DNA from: Mobula hypostoma
Lineage: Eukaryota
DNA: 64,000 nt
NCBI RefSeq assembly: GCF_963921235.1
Contig: NC_086097.1
Coordinates: forward strand, 21,144,001-21,208,000
Direction of reading: 5' to 3'
The position numbers were made by a program, and so were the translations under genes. Below, piece after piece: positions 24,880-37,809 of this stretch. Numbering within the stretch: position 1 is the first letter of the stretch; every line of letters starts with the position of its first letter. The notes beneath the pieces were generated by a model. That model searched no databases and was not told the origin of the DNA. It saw nothing but the letters and a program-made list of their open reading frames with translations.

Positions 24880-25985
24880 AACGACCATAAGATCATAAGC
24901 TCTAGGAACAGAATTAGGCCATTTGGCCTTTTGATTCTACTCAGCCATTTCATCACAGCTAATACATTATTCTTCTTAGCCACAATCTCCTATCTTCTCC
25001 CCGTATCCCTTCATTCCCGGACCAATCAAGAATCTGTCAACCTCTGCCTTAAGTATACATAAAGATTGGCCTCAACAGCCACCTGTGGCAACAGATTCCA
25101 CAGATTCATCACTCTCTGGCTAAAGAAATTCCTCCTCATCGCTGTTCTAAAAGGACGCCTCACTAATCTGAGACTGTGCCTCTGGTCCTAGACACATCTG
25201 TAGATGTGAACTTCCCACTATTCAGGACACTTACAGAGACAGGTGTATAAAAAGGGCCCAAAGGATCAATGGGGACCCTAGTCACCCTAACTACAAACTG
25301 TTCCAGCTGGTACCATCCAGGAAATGGTACTGCAGCATTAAAGCCAGGACCAACAGGCTCCAGGACAGCTTCTTCCACCAGGCCACCAGACTGATTAATT
25401 CACGCTGACATAAATGTATTTCTATGCTATATTGACTGTCCTGTTGTAAATTGTAATAAATAGCATGTACTATAAATTGCACATTGCACATTTAGTTGGA
25501 GACGTAACATAACGATTTTTACTCCTCATGTATGTGAAGGATGTAAGAAATAAAGTCAATACAATTCAATTCACTCACCATAGGAAACGTCCTCTCCACA
25601 TCCTCTTTTTCACCATTTGATGGGTATCAATGAGATCTTCTGAAGTATAGTGAATATAGGCCCAGAGCCATAAATGCTCTTCATATGACAAGCCATTCAA
25701 TCCTGAAATCATTTTCGTGAACCTTCTTTAATCCCTCTCCAATGCCAGCACATCTTTTCTAAGATAAAGGCCCAAAACTGCTCGCAATACTCCAAGTTAG
25801 GCCTCGCTAGTGCTTTATAGTCTCAACATTACATCCTTGCTTTTATATTCTAGTTCTTGCGAAATGAATGCTAACATCACATTTGACTTCCTCACCACAC
25901 ACTCAATCTGCCAATTAACCTTTAGGGATTCCTGCACAAGGACTCCAAGTCCCTTTGAATTGAGATATTTGTATTTTCTCTCCGA
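24880..25985 (-). mobile_element. CR1 3' fragment interrupted by a Rex1-like 3' fragment (+, 25192-25572)
   Basis: The reverse-complement CR1 tail (accataagatcataag) and RT C-terminus flank a Rex1 3' end ending aataaagtcaatacaattcaat. Confidence 0.8.
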
Positions 25986-27930
25986 AGGATCCTTTTCTGG
26001 TTGGCTGCTCGTGACTAGTGGGTTGGTGTTGTGACTGCTTCTTTCTATACTATCAATAACTTAGATGATGGAATAGATGGCTTTGTTGCCAAGTTTGCAA
26101 ATGATGCAAAGATTGGTTGAGGGGCAGGTAATGTTGAGGAAGCAGGTAGGCTGCAGAAGGACTTAGATTACGAGAATGGGTAAGAAAGTGGCAAATGAAA
26201 TACAGTGTTGGAAAATGCAAGGTGATGCACTTTGGTCGTAGAAATAAATGTGCAGACTATTTTCTCGATGGGGAGAAAATCCAAAAATCTGAGATACAAA
26301 GTGAAATGGGAGTCCTTTTGCAGAACACTCTAAAGGTTAACTTGCAGGTTGAGTTGATGGTGAGGAAGGCAAATGCAATGTTAGCATTCATTTCAAGAGG
26401 TCCTGAGTACAAGAGCAGGGATGTGATGCCTCACCTTGAGTATTGTGAACAATTTTGGGCTCCACATCTGAGAAAATATGTGCTGGCATCGGCGAGGGCT
26501 CACAGGAGGTTCAAAAGGATGATTCTGGGAATAAAAGGGTTATCATATGAGGAACTTTTGACAGGTCTGGATTTGTATTCGCTGGAAGTTAGAAGGATGA
26601 GGTGGGATCTCATTGAAACCTTTCGAATGTTGAAAGGTCTAGACAGAGCAGAAGTGGAATGGATGTTTCCCATGGTGGGGGGGGGTCAATGACAAGAGAG
26701 CACAGCCTTAGGATAGAGGGGTGTCCATTTAAAACAGAAATGTGGAGAAATTACTTTAGCCAAAGGGTGGTGAATTTGTGGAATTCGTTAGCACAGGCAG
26801 CTGTGGAAGCCAGGTGTATTTAAGGCGAGATTGATAGGTTCTTGATTGGACATGGCATCAAAGGTTACAGGGAGAAGGCCGGGAAGTGGGGCTGAGGAGG
26901 GGGAAAAAGGATCAGCCATGATTGAATGGCAGAGCATACTCAATGGGCCAAATGGCCTAATTCTGCTCCAATGTCTTATGGTCTATGGTCTTTTCTGGTT
27001 GGCTGCTGGTGACTAGTGGCATTCCAATATTTTTTAGATTATATGTCAGTGATTTGGATGATGGAAATGATGGCTTTGTTGCAAAGTTTGCGGGCGATAT
27101 GAAGACAGGTAGTTATGAGGAAGTACAAAGACCACAGATGGAATACAGTATTGGGAAGCATATGGTAGAAGAAATGAAAGGGGGGTGACTATTTTTAAAT
27201 GGAGAGAAAATACAAAAGACCGAGGTGCAAAGGGATTTGGGAGTCATTGTGTAGGATTTCCTAAAGGTTAATTTGCAGGTTAAGTTGGTGGTGAGGTAGG
27301 CAAATGCAAAGTTAGCCTTCATTTCAAGAGGACTAAACTTTAAAAACAAGGACATAATGTTGAAACTTTATAAAGCACTGGTGAGGCCTCACTTGGAGTA
27401 TTGTGAGCAGACTTGGGTTCTTCATCTTAGAAAGGATGTGTTGAAACTGGAGAGGGTTGAAAGGATATGCACAAAACTAATTCCAGGATTGAATTACTTG
27501 TCATATAAAGAGTGTTTGATGCTTTGAGCCTGTATTCACTGGAATTCAGAAGAATGAAGGGTACCCTCATTGAAACCTATCAAATACTGAAAGGCCTGGA
27601 CAGAGTGGATGTGGAGAGGATGTTTCCTATGGTGGGAGAGTCTGAGACCAGAGGACACAGGCTCAGAATAGAGGGGCATCCTTTTAGTATGGAGATGAGG
27701 AGGAATTTCTTTAGCCAGAGAGTGGTGAATCTGTGGAATTCTTTGCCACAGGCAGCTGAAGAGGCCAAGTCTTTATGTATATTTAAAGCAGAGGTTGATA
27801 GATTCTTGATTGGTCAGGGCATGATGGGATACAGGGAGAAGGCAAGAGATTGGGGCTGAGAGGAGAATTGGAGCAGCCATGATGAAATGGTGAAACAGAC
27901 TTGATGGGCTAAATGGCCTAATTCAGCTCC
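25986..27930 (+). mobile_element. Two head-to-tail ~1-kb CR1 3' fragments (25986-26990 and 26991-27930)
   Basis: Each runs from ttttctggttggctg through KFAxD and LEFRRM to ggcctaattc.gctcc. Confidence 0.88.
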
Positions 27931-27932
27931 TA

Positions 27933-28860
27933 CAGTGTCTATAAAAGTACTCCCCCTTTGAAAGTTCTCATGCTTTATTGGTTTACAGCATTGAATCACA
28001 GTAAATTTAATTTGGCTTTTTTGACACTAATCAATAGAAAAGACTCTTTCGTGTCAAAGTGAAAACAAGTTTCTACAAATTGATCTAAATTTATTACGAT
28101 TATTAAACATAAAATAATTGATTGCATAATTATTCATTTCCTTCAAGTCAGTATTTAGTAGCTGCATTGTTGGCAGCATTTACAGCTTCGAGACTGTGTG
28201 GATAGGTCTCTACCAGCTCTGCACATCTGGACACTGCAATTTTTCTTTACAAAACTGCTCAAGTTCTTTCGGATTGCATGGGGATTGTGAGTGAACAGAC
28301 CTTTTCAAGTCCAGCCACAAATTCTCAATTGGATTGAGGTCTGGACTCTGACTTGGCCACTCGAGGACGTTAACCTTTTAACTGTTTTTAAGCCATTTAA
28401 GCTTTGGCTTTCTGCCTGGAGGTCATTGCCCTGCTGAAAAACAAATCTTCTCCCAAATCATACTCTTGCAGACTGCATCAGGTTTTCCTCCAGGATTTCC
28501 TTGTATGTTATTGCATTCATTTTACCCTCTACCTTCACAAGCCCTCCAGGGCCTGCTGCAGTGAAGCATCCCCACAGCATGATGCAGCCACCATCATACT
28601 TCATGGGAGTGATGATATGTTTTTGATGATCTGCAGTATATGTCAACCATAGCATTTAGTCTGATGGCTAAAAAGCTCAATTATGGTTTCATCAGACCAT
28701 AGAACCTTCTTCCAGCTGACCTCAGTCCCTCATAAGCCTTCTGGCAATCTCTAGCTGAGATTTCATGTTTTTTTTTACAACAGCAGCTTTCTTTTTGCCA
28801 CTTACCCATAAAGCTGCGACTGCTGAAGCACCAGGTCAACAGTTGTTATATGCTCTTATC
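27933..28860 (-). mobile_element. Tc1/mariner DNA transposon remnant with one TIR, inserted at TA
   Basis: ta|cagtgtctataaaagtactccccctt TIR-like end. Transposase peptide MKYDGGCIMLWGCFTAAGPGGLVKVEGKMNAITYKEILEENL. Confidence 0.85.
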
Positions 28861-29027
28861 TCTTGGATCATCTTGTTGCACTATCCAACTTCTATTAAGC
28901 TTCATATGATGGAGTGCTACCCTGTCATTCTCCTGTAAAATATCTTGATAATATTTTCAATTCATTGTTCCCTCAACGATTGCAAGCTGTCCAGGCCCCG
29001 AGGCAGTAAAGCAGCCCCAAACCATGA

Positions 29028-29440
29028 TACACAGGCAAAAAGCTGCAGGCACTCAGTAGGCCAGGCAGCGTCTACGGAAAAGATTACAGTCGAATTACAG
29101 TCAACGTTTCGATTAAGACCCTTCAGCAGAACTGGAGAAAAAAAGATGAGGAGTAGAGTTAAAAAGTGAGGGGGGGGGGAGGGAAAGGAGAAACACAAGG
29201 CAAAAGGTGAAACCAGGAGGGGGAAGGGTGAAATAAAGAGCTGGGAAGTTGACTTGTGGAAGAGATATTGGGCTGGAGAAGGGAGAATCTAATAGGCGAG
29301 GACGGAAGGCCATGGAAGAAAGAAAAAAGGTCGGGTGGGGGGGAGAGCACCAGAGGGAGGCAATGAGCAGGCAAGGAGATAAGGTGAGAGAGGGAAAAGG
29401 GAATAGGGAATGGTGAAGGAAAGGGGGGGGGGGGAGTGGA
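29028..29440 (-). mobile_element. Penelope-like element 3' UTR fragment
   Basis: Homologous to 15880-16270; carries a mutated hammerhead core at ~29099-29143. Confidence 0.8.
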
Positions 29441-29449
29441 TTCCCTCTA

Positions 29450-29850
29450 GAGCTCCTGGGATTCAAGGGCATTGGAGTTCCATACCAGGCTGTGATGCAA
29501 CCAATCAGTACACTATCCACCGCATATCTATTGAAATTTGTCAAAGTTTAAGGTGACATGCCAAACCTATGCAAACTTCCCAGAAAGTAGAGGCACTGCT
29601 GTGTAATGGCATTTATGTGCTGGGCCCAGGACAGACCCTATGAAATTGATAACACAGAGGAATTTAACGTTGCTGACCCTCCGATCCCCTGATCAGGATT
29701 GGCTTATGGACCTCCAGTTTCTTCCTCCTGTGGTCAATAATCAGCTCTTTGGTTTGCTAACATGGAGTGACAGGTTATTGTTGTGGCGCCATTCAGCCAG
29801 GTTTTCAATCTTCCTCCGATGTGCTGATTCATCACCACCTTTGATTCGGC
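29450..29850 (-). mobile_element. Rex1/Babar-like fragment
   Basis: NFNRYAVDSVLIGCITAWYG. Confidence 0.7.
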
Positions 29851-30459
29851 CAAAGAAAGAATGTTGTTCAATCAACTTGATTCCTATTAATGGACAAAGG
29901 TGCTCTTGTGGGACCAGTTAATGATAAATGCACACAGAGTGTGTAGATTGCTATGCCAATATTAATAGCTTATGCCATCATACTAGAAGACGTAGCAGGG
30001 TGAGGGTCAACTCCCATAACAGTAAAACATCAAGATCTCCAATCGGACCATCGCAACAAAAAGCTAATATGTGTCGGGGCCACGGTAACAGCACCTTTGC
30101 AAGCAGGCACTCTGTTCCACAAAATTGAATAAGTACTATGATTCTTAGCATCTACATGCTTAATGATAATGCATCAAATACATCTTGTCCATTTCTTGCT
30201 GATAATCAAGGGCTTTTATACTCCTTACCTCATACTGTGTGTACCAGTCAATACTCCATTTTAGTGGAAAGGACCCGGACCCGAAATGTTAACTCTCCTT
30301 CTTGCTGATTCTCTCTTCACCCATCAGACAGAAGATACAAAAGCCTAAAACCATGTACCACCAGGCTCACGGACAGCTTTTATCCTACTGTTAAAACAGA
30401 TGATTGAACAGTTCTCTAGTGGAATTAAGTGGACTCTGGATTTCACAAACTACCCAATT

Positions 30460-31915
30460 TCTCCAGACTTGGGGGGGGGGGTAACCATGGGCACACGTAT
30501 GGGTCGTAGCGATGCCTGCCTCTTCACTGGCTATGTAAAATAGTCCATGTTCAAAGCCTTCCCTGGTTATACTCCCCTTCTTCCTTCGCTACAATGGTGA
30601 CAGCACTGGTATTGTTTCATGCACTCATGCGGAGCTTGTCAATATTTCAACTTTGCCTCTAACTTCCACCCTGCCCTTAAATTCACTTGATCCATCTCTG
30701 ACACCTCCCTCCTCTTTCTTGATCTCTTTGTCTCCAACTGTGATTAGGTAACCATAACCCTAACCCTACTGATTCCTATGGTTATCTCGACTATACCTCT
30801 TCCCACTCTATCTCCTGTAAAAATTCTACTCCCTTTACTCAGTTCCTATGCCTCTGCCACATCTGTTCCCAGGTTTGGGTTTCCATATCAGAGATGTCCT
30901 TCTTCTTTAAAGAATGGGGTTTCCCTTCCTCCACTATTGACTCTGCCCTGACCCGCATCTCCTCCATTTCCTGTCTATCTGTGCTCACCCCACCTTCCCA
31001 GCGTCTCAAAAGACAGAGTCTCTCTTGTCCTCACCTACCACCCTATTAGCCTCTGCATCCAACACATTATCCTCTGTAACTCCCACCATCTCCAAAGGGA
31101 TCCTTCCACTTAACATACCTTTACTTTCCCCTCTCCGATTTCCACATGGATCACTCCCTCCGTGTTTCCCTCGTCCATTTGTCCCTCCCTACTAATCTCC
31201 CTCCCGGCACTTATCTCTGCAAGTGGCCTAAGTGTTACAGCTGCCCATACACCTCCTCCCTCACCTTCATTTAGGGGCTCAGGCAGTCCTTCCAGGTGAG
31301 GCAACATTTCACCTGCAAATCTGCTGGGGTCGTCTATTGTGTCCAGTACCCCCGATGCAGCCTTCTCTACATTGGTGAGACCCTTTGTAAATTGAGGACT
31401 GCTTCTTTGAACACCTCTGCACCATCCACCACAAGCGGGACTTCCTGGTGGCTGAACATTTTCATTCCTATTCCCATTCCAACACGTTGGTCTATGGCCT
31501 CCTCTTGTGCCAAGATGAGGCCACCCTTTCAGTGGAGGAGAAACACCTTATATTCCATTTGGGTAGCCTCCAATAAATTCCCTCACTCCCTTCCTCTAAT
31601 CCCCACTTTGACCTTCTACTTCTTCTCACTTTCCCATTACTTCCACCTGGGTCCCCTCCTCCTTCCCTTTCCCCTATGGTCCACTCTTCTCTCCTATCAG
31701 ATTCCACCTTCTCCAGCCCCTGACCTCCTTCCTCTCCCCCCACCTTTTTATTCTGGCATCTTCCCCCTGCCTTCTTAGTCCTGCAGGAGGGGATCAGCAT
31801 GAAACATTGATTATCTATTCTTTCCATAGATGCTGTGTGACCTGCTGAGTTCCTCCAGCATTTTTTGTGTGTTGCTTTGGATTCCAACATCTTTAGACTT
31901 TCTCTTATTTATGAT
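30460..31915 (+). mobile_element. Penelope-like element (RT, GIY-YIG, 3' UTR), degenerate
   Basis: RT-like GVTMGTRMG...ACLF and GIY-YIG-like FTCKSAGVVYCVQYPRCSLLYIGET. The 3' UTR matches the other PLE copies. Confidence 0.85.
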
Positions 31916-32528
31916 TTGTTACCTTGTTATGATTTTGTACCTTGTTTACCTGCACTGCACTTTATTCTGCATTCTCTTGTTTTTCCCTTGTTCTACCTCA
32001 ATGCACAGATTTGATCTCTATGAATGGTATGCAAGGCAAGCTTTTCACTGTACATGTGACAATATAAGCCAGTTCCAATCAACCCCATTCCATCAATCCC
32101 AATTCTAGCATTTTTCTTTCAAAGTTCTAGTAACTGCAGTATTTTGATCAATATTCTACTTGTTTCCCAAATTATGTTTGTGAGCATGCATGCTGTTATT
32201 CTGTGTTTCTCATATTAATAGTCCCAGATATTTCAGAACGCCCATATTTAATAGATTCCGACCTATTAATTCCAAAGTGGATTACTTTGTATTTTCCCCA
32301 CATTGCACCAAGGCTAGTGGCAAAATATTGTGAGGATAATACCAGCTGTTTCACCATTATTACTTTGTTTTACAGTCCTCTTTCATGCAGTTTTTGTATG
32401 CTTGCAAGGCTTCCTGAACTACAGAATAAGGAACTTAAAAGACCCATTTATCAAATCTGACATTATATTTTGCATTTAATTGAAGTATTTCAGGCAACTG
32501 AGAAGTCAATAACCATATATTAATACTT

Positions 32529-32534
32529 TTTATT
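32529..32534 (-). promoter_or_regulatory. Candidate ALKBH1 polyadenylation signal AATAAA
   Basis: tttatt on the plus strand, about 415 nt downstream of the stop codon in AT-rich sequence with no recognised repeat. Use is not verified. Confidence 0.45.
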
Positions 32535-32947
32535 ATTCAGATGGTATAAAATTGAAGCTCTCATCAGATTCGATCATGTAATAGCTATTGGGCTTTTTTT
32601 AAATACGTGCCTCTTTATCAAAATCGCCATCAGTTACAACACAATTCCTCTTTGTAAATAAATGTGCAACCATTACAACAATTTTCCAGCCATATTGAAG
32701 AAATATGGCTGGAAAACCCACAAAATTAGCCAAGGTTGCAATTGCAGAAAACATGCGTGGATGGAGAATGTATGAGAAAACCTTTTGGCATTTTCCCATC
32801 TGATTTTAAGGCCTTAAATGTGAAAAGGAATTTTGTAAACTAGAGAGCTGAGGCAGCTTTACATCTATGAATCTTCCACAACAAAATCTCCAAGGATAGT
32901 CAAAAGAATTAAGGAGTCTATGCCATATCAGTGCTGACCATTTTTTG

Positions 32948-33329
32948 TTAATTTGTCTCCATGAAGTAGCCTTGAGGATAAGAGGATAGCTGGATGCCTT
33001 CTCTTGTATCTCTGTCTGACTCGACTGGGAAACTTTGTCCAACTCCCAGCACCTGCCTTACAGTCATGTTCACTCTGGAGGTCTCCAGGTACTTAGCACA
33101 GATTTCCCAGTCACCTTCGTTGCTTTGCTGGTTGTTGCTGGGGTTTGTACCTTCTAAACAGCTGGGGAGTGGCCCTCCTTCCAAATTACGGATAATCCGG
33201 GGCACTGCATGGTACAGAAGACGGCTGCTGCCTGACATGACCATGATGTCTCCGCTGTGCATAAACAAAGGCTGGGGAGGATCCTGCCTCTTCCGGCCTC
33301 CGAGAAGAAACACAGCAGTCTGGCCAAAG
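32948..33329 (-). CDS. ALKBH1: ALKBH1 last coding exon (exon 6) to the TAA stop
   Basis: ctcctccag|CTTTGGC. Translates (S)[11 protein letters not shown]...[23 protein letters not shown]...[10 protein letters not shown]...FMETN*. The distal His and the 2-oxoglutarate-binding RxNxTxR motif are intact. Confidence 0.95.
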
Positions 33330-33331
33330 CT

Positions 33332-33619
33332 GGAGGAGGAAGATGGAGAGATAGAGATAGATAAATAGGTACAGTGAGAGATAGACAGATGGAGATAGAA
33401 ATATAGATGAGGATAGAGAAATAGAGAGAGATAGATATAGAGACACAGAGAGAGCAAGAGATAGAGGAAGTGATAGCGAGAGATAGAACAAGAGATAGAA
33501 CAAGAGATAGAGAGAGAAATAGAGAGAGAGATATAGGTAGATAGAGAGAGATAGATAGAGAGGTGGATAGATAGAGAGAGAGAGAGATAGAGAGATAGAG
33601 AGATAGAGAGATAGAGAGG

Positions 33620-33659
<40 letters not shown>

Positions 33660-33660
33660 G
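33332..33660. repeat. Degenerate (GA)n/(GATA)n microsatellite forming the polypyrimidine tract of ALKBH1 intron 5
   Basis: Directly visible; abuts the exon 6 acceptor. Confidence 0.95.
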
Positions 33661-36166
33661 AACATTTAACAATTTCAGTTATATTTAACCTGCCAATTTT
33701 CTCCACTTAACAGTCAGTGGAGGTATGACAATGATGTAATTAATGTCTGAGGGTCAAAAGGGATTACAGGGATAAGGGGTGCACTGCAAGATCCAACTGT
33801 CAACAAAATAAGCTTCAACCAAGGTCTCGAACCAGACTTCACCGTGTAGATGTGGTTAAGCAGAGTGAATGACAGAGAACTGCCAAGAGAGACAGAAAAT
33901 GAGGCAACCAAATAGGTAGAAGGGACATGACAGTAGTAGCTATGAGGAATGTTGCAGAGGTGAAAGTGAATAACCTTGTGGTGAAAGGAGAAAGTACAAA
34001 AGTTAGCATAAAAAAGGACCTAATAAACAGAACTGACAAGTGCCATACAATGCATTCAGAACAGACATCATCACGTAGATTATAATTTGTGAGGAATCAA
34101 TAGAAATCCAAATATTGATGTCTTAAAATAAACATGATATATCATTACTCTTTTGTATTTATTATCATGTTACACTGAAAATCTGGCCCAAGACTCTGGA
34201 TTTTCATTCTACATTCAGAATAGCAATATAATGGCAGTGTGACTATATTGAGAATGTTTGCTTCTCATGAAGCATCAATATTCTTCTTTAGCCTGAAGCA
34301 TTTCCTAAACAGTAGTTGAACTGGAATCTGGAAGGTCGATTGTACAAAACTTTGACAAGAACATTTTGATGGAATTTGAGCATGTACCCATGATCTTTCC
34401 CCCTTCAGGCAACAGTTATGGCAATGATTCTCCTGATATGATGTGTGTGACACCTATTGCCTTCAGAGAGGGGCTGCTAGAAAACCAAGATTGTCAAGCA
34501 CTGACAGATAGAAATTGTGCAACAGTGGAAGAAAATGCAATTTAAGTTTAGAAATGGTCAGTGTTTTGCAAAATGGTAGAATTACTTTCACATGCTGTTT
34601 TTTATTGCTCCCTCCTTCCACTTAACAATTCCCTGCAGTCCGCAAAGTCATGAAATATTTTGCAAGTGTTGCTGAAGAAGAGCTTTAGAGTCTTTGCTCA
34701 ATTGAATTTAGTGTTTGCAAACTGTTCTCCTTTCAAGTCTGTGTATATTATGATGTGGAGGCTAAACCTTAGCATAAATAAAGGGCATTTAGACCATAAA
34801 CAAGAGGCTCTTTTCGTTGGAGACACAAGAGACTGCAGATGCTGGAATCTGGTGAAAACAGCAAATTGCTGAGGAAAGTCAGCAGGTCTAGCAGCAGCTA
34901 TAGAGGCAGAGGGATGGTCACTGTTTCAGGTTGAGACTCTGATGCATCAGACTGAGGGTTTAGAGGGAAGATAGCCAATACAAGAAGGTGAGAGGTAGGG
35001 CTGAGATGGGCTGGTAGGTGACGTGGAACCTGGTGAGGTGGGAAAGGATGTGAGGGTGGTACAGGGTTGGGGGGGGTAGGTGGAGGAGAAGAGGGAGAAG
35101 GGGGATTTAGAGATAGAGGTTGGTGCATGGTAAGATGGTGAAAGGAGTGAAAAATCCTTTTCTATGCTATGACCACTCTTGGAGAGATGGAAATCAAGCT
35201 GAAAAGTTGAAATAAATAGTTCTTAAGGCTACTGGCTTGATGCACTAGAAACAGAGGAGCAGAACTCAGTACTAATAATAGTAATCTTCATCTGAAAGTA
35301 TCTAAGCAAAACCACCTGAATCAGAGACTGAAACTCCCACATCATACCAGCTCTTTGAAAGAACTAAAAGCAGACAATGCTGAGAAATGGTAGCAAGTCA
35401 GACAGTACCTGTGGAAAGAGGAACCAAGTTAATACTTTAGTTGGAGACCCAGCTCCAATGAAAGGTTGGCCCATGATGTTGTGCCGGTCTTTTAACTTCA
35501 GATTGATCTAAGATCAACCTAACCTTTCCCTACCACATTTCTTCCATTTTTCTACCAATGTGCTTGATTAAGAGTCTCTTAAACACCCCTAATGTATTTG
35601 CCTGTACCACCACCCCTCGTTCCACATACCTACCACTCTGTGTAAATTTTTTACCCTTGACATTCCCCCTAAACTTTCCTCCAAACATATTAAAATTATG
35701 CCCCCTCGTATTTTGAACATAAATCATTTACTCTTTATTTCTTTCCACAGATAGGGCCTGATTTGTTAAGTGTTTCCAGCATTTTCCATTTTATTCTAGA
35801 TTACCAGCATTTGCAGCCTTTTGATTTCTAATGCAATGGGTGTAACTGAATTTACATCTCATTCCAATTCACTGTATCCCCCCATTTCCCCCAAAAATCC
35901 AGTAAATTTTCAATCTTCATGTATTTATCAATTATTTTTCAAAATATTGTAACATTATTTTCCATGTAATATATTACTGATCATAAACAAATATGGAATA
36001 CATTCTTCTACATTTCTTCCCTGATTCTTTTGGCAGTCATTTTAAACCACTATCCTCCAATTACTAGCACTTTGTCACTAAAAACATTACCCGACACAGA
36101 CCATGAAGATCAGCAGAGGGTTTCAGAAAGAGGTAAAATGGTGGTATTTTGTTCACTTTTCTTTAC

Positions 36167-36360
36167 CTGAATGACAAGAGGGGTTTGGAGTAGTCCATCT
36201 CAGATTCATCAACATGAATACCCAGTGAAGAGTCAAAATGATAATAGTTCAATATTCCTGCTTCTGCCTTAAACTGGTGGAAGCCGCAAGCAGCTGCGAC
36301 CTGTTCTGACAGGTATGCGAGGTCTACAGGAAATGTTGTGTAGTGTTCAGCTGAATACCT
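36167..36360 (-). CDS. ALKBH1: ALKBH1 exon 5 (194 bp), contains the HxD Fe(II)-binding motif
   Basis: ccattcacag|AGGTAT ... TTCAG|gtaaag. Translates RYSAEHYTTFPVDLAYLSEQVAAACGFHQFKAEAGILNYYHFDSSLGIHVDESEMDYSKPLLSF(S). Confidence 0.96.
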
Positions 36361-36429
36361 CTGTGAATGGAAAGACCAAAAGATAGTCAATTGCACCCAT
36401 GGCAAAGAACCCTTTAAGGAGCATTATCA

Positions 36430-36590
36430 CTGGCTGCAGGGGGTGGGATGGTAGAGTAGTGCCAACTATCTCCGATCGGAGTTCAATATCCACCACCGCC
36501 TGTAAGAAGTTTGTATGTTCTCCCCAAGACTGCATGGTTTTCCTCCGGGTGCTCTGGTTTCCTCCCACATTCCAAAGACATACAAATTAT
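36430..36590 (+). mobile_element. V-SINE-like (HE1-type) fragment
   Basis: Conserved core gtttgtatgttctcccc...ttttcctccgggtgctctggtttcctcccacattccaaaga. Confidence 0.7.
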
Positions 36591-36624
36591 TATTTGTATA
36601 TCTGCCTAAATGTCAATTAAGTGT

Positions 36625-37362
36625 TGTAAGCTTACACTCATTGTCAAGAACTACAAAGAACTGATTGTGGACTTCAGAAATGGTAAGACAAGGGAACACA
36701 CACCAATCCTCATAGAGGGATCAGAGCTGGAAAGTGTGAGCAATTTCAAGTTCCTGGGTGTCAATATCTCTGAGCATCTATCCTGGATCCAACATATCGA
36801 TTCAGCTACAAAGAAGGCACGACATCAACTGTACTTCATTAGGAGTTTGAAGAGATTTGGTATGTCACCAATAATACTCGCAAATTTCTACAGGTGTATC
36901 ACGGAGAGCATTCTAACTGGCTGTATCACTGTCTGGTATGGGGGGTGGGGGGAGCTACTGCCCAGGATTGAAATAAGCTGCAGAGAGTTGTAAACTTAGT
37001 CAGCTCAATCGTGGGCACTAGCCTCTGTAGTATCCAGGACATCTTCAACGAGTGATGCCTCAACAAAGCGGCATCCATCGTTGAGGACCCCCATCACCCA
37101 GGAGGAGCTACAAAAGCCTGAAGGCACATACTCAATGATCAAAAACAGCTTATTCCCCTCTACCATCCAATTCCTGAATGGACATTGAACCACACTTCTA
37201 CCACACTTCTTTTTTAGTTTTTATTTTTGAACTACCTATTTAATTTAACTATTATATATACATTATATATTTTTTTCTATTATTATGTATAGTATTGTAC
37301 TGTTGCTGCAAAGACAACAAATTTCATGACATATGCTGGTGATATTAAACCTGATTCTGATT
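36625..37362 (+). mobile_element. Rex1/Babar-like 3' fragment
   Basis: KELIVDFR, FKFLGVNIS and LANFYRCITESILTGCITVWYG. Tail gatattaaacctgattctga. Confidence 0.85.
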
Positions 37363-37809
37363 TTAATTGTACTTGGTTTTCTCTCTTTCTCTGGCTGCTT
37401 GTTCCATATACCCATCACACTCTGAGTGAAAAACACTGCCCCTCAGGTCCCTCTTAAATCTTTCCTTGCTCAGCTTAAACCTATGTCCTCTTGTTATAGG
37501 CTCTCCTCTGGGAAAAAGATCGTGAACATCCACCTCATCTGTCAGGAGCTTCCAAGTCTTCCAGAAAATACTGACGACATTGTAACTGAAGATCATCGAT
37601 TACATGAGGCTCCAAACATAAGACAACCCCACTGATCCTTAAAGGGACCTACAGTATTCTCTTCCCTCACTTTTTGTTCCTAATTTGCTTTAGAAACAGA
37701 ATTAAGTTTATTGCCACTGACATAAGTTGTGAAATTTGATGTTTTGTGGCAGCAGTACAGTGCAAGTATTAGAAGTTACTGTAAGTTCCAATAAAAGTAA
37801 ATAACTTTT

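Noticed and set aside
30750..30770. Telomere-like (TAACCC)2 inside the Penelope-like element
   Set aside because: Only two units, and it resembles the (ACCATA)n CR1-type tail seen at ~39135. Too little to infer telomerase healing.
33154..33706. Long S/L/Y-rich ORFs on the minus strand
   Set aside because: They are stop-free translations of the CT microsatellite. Only 32948-33329 is supported as coding.
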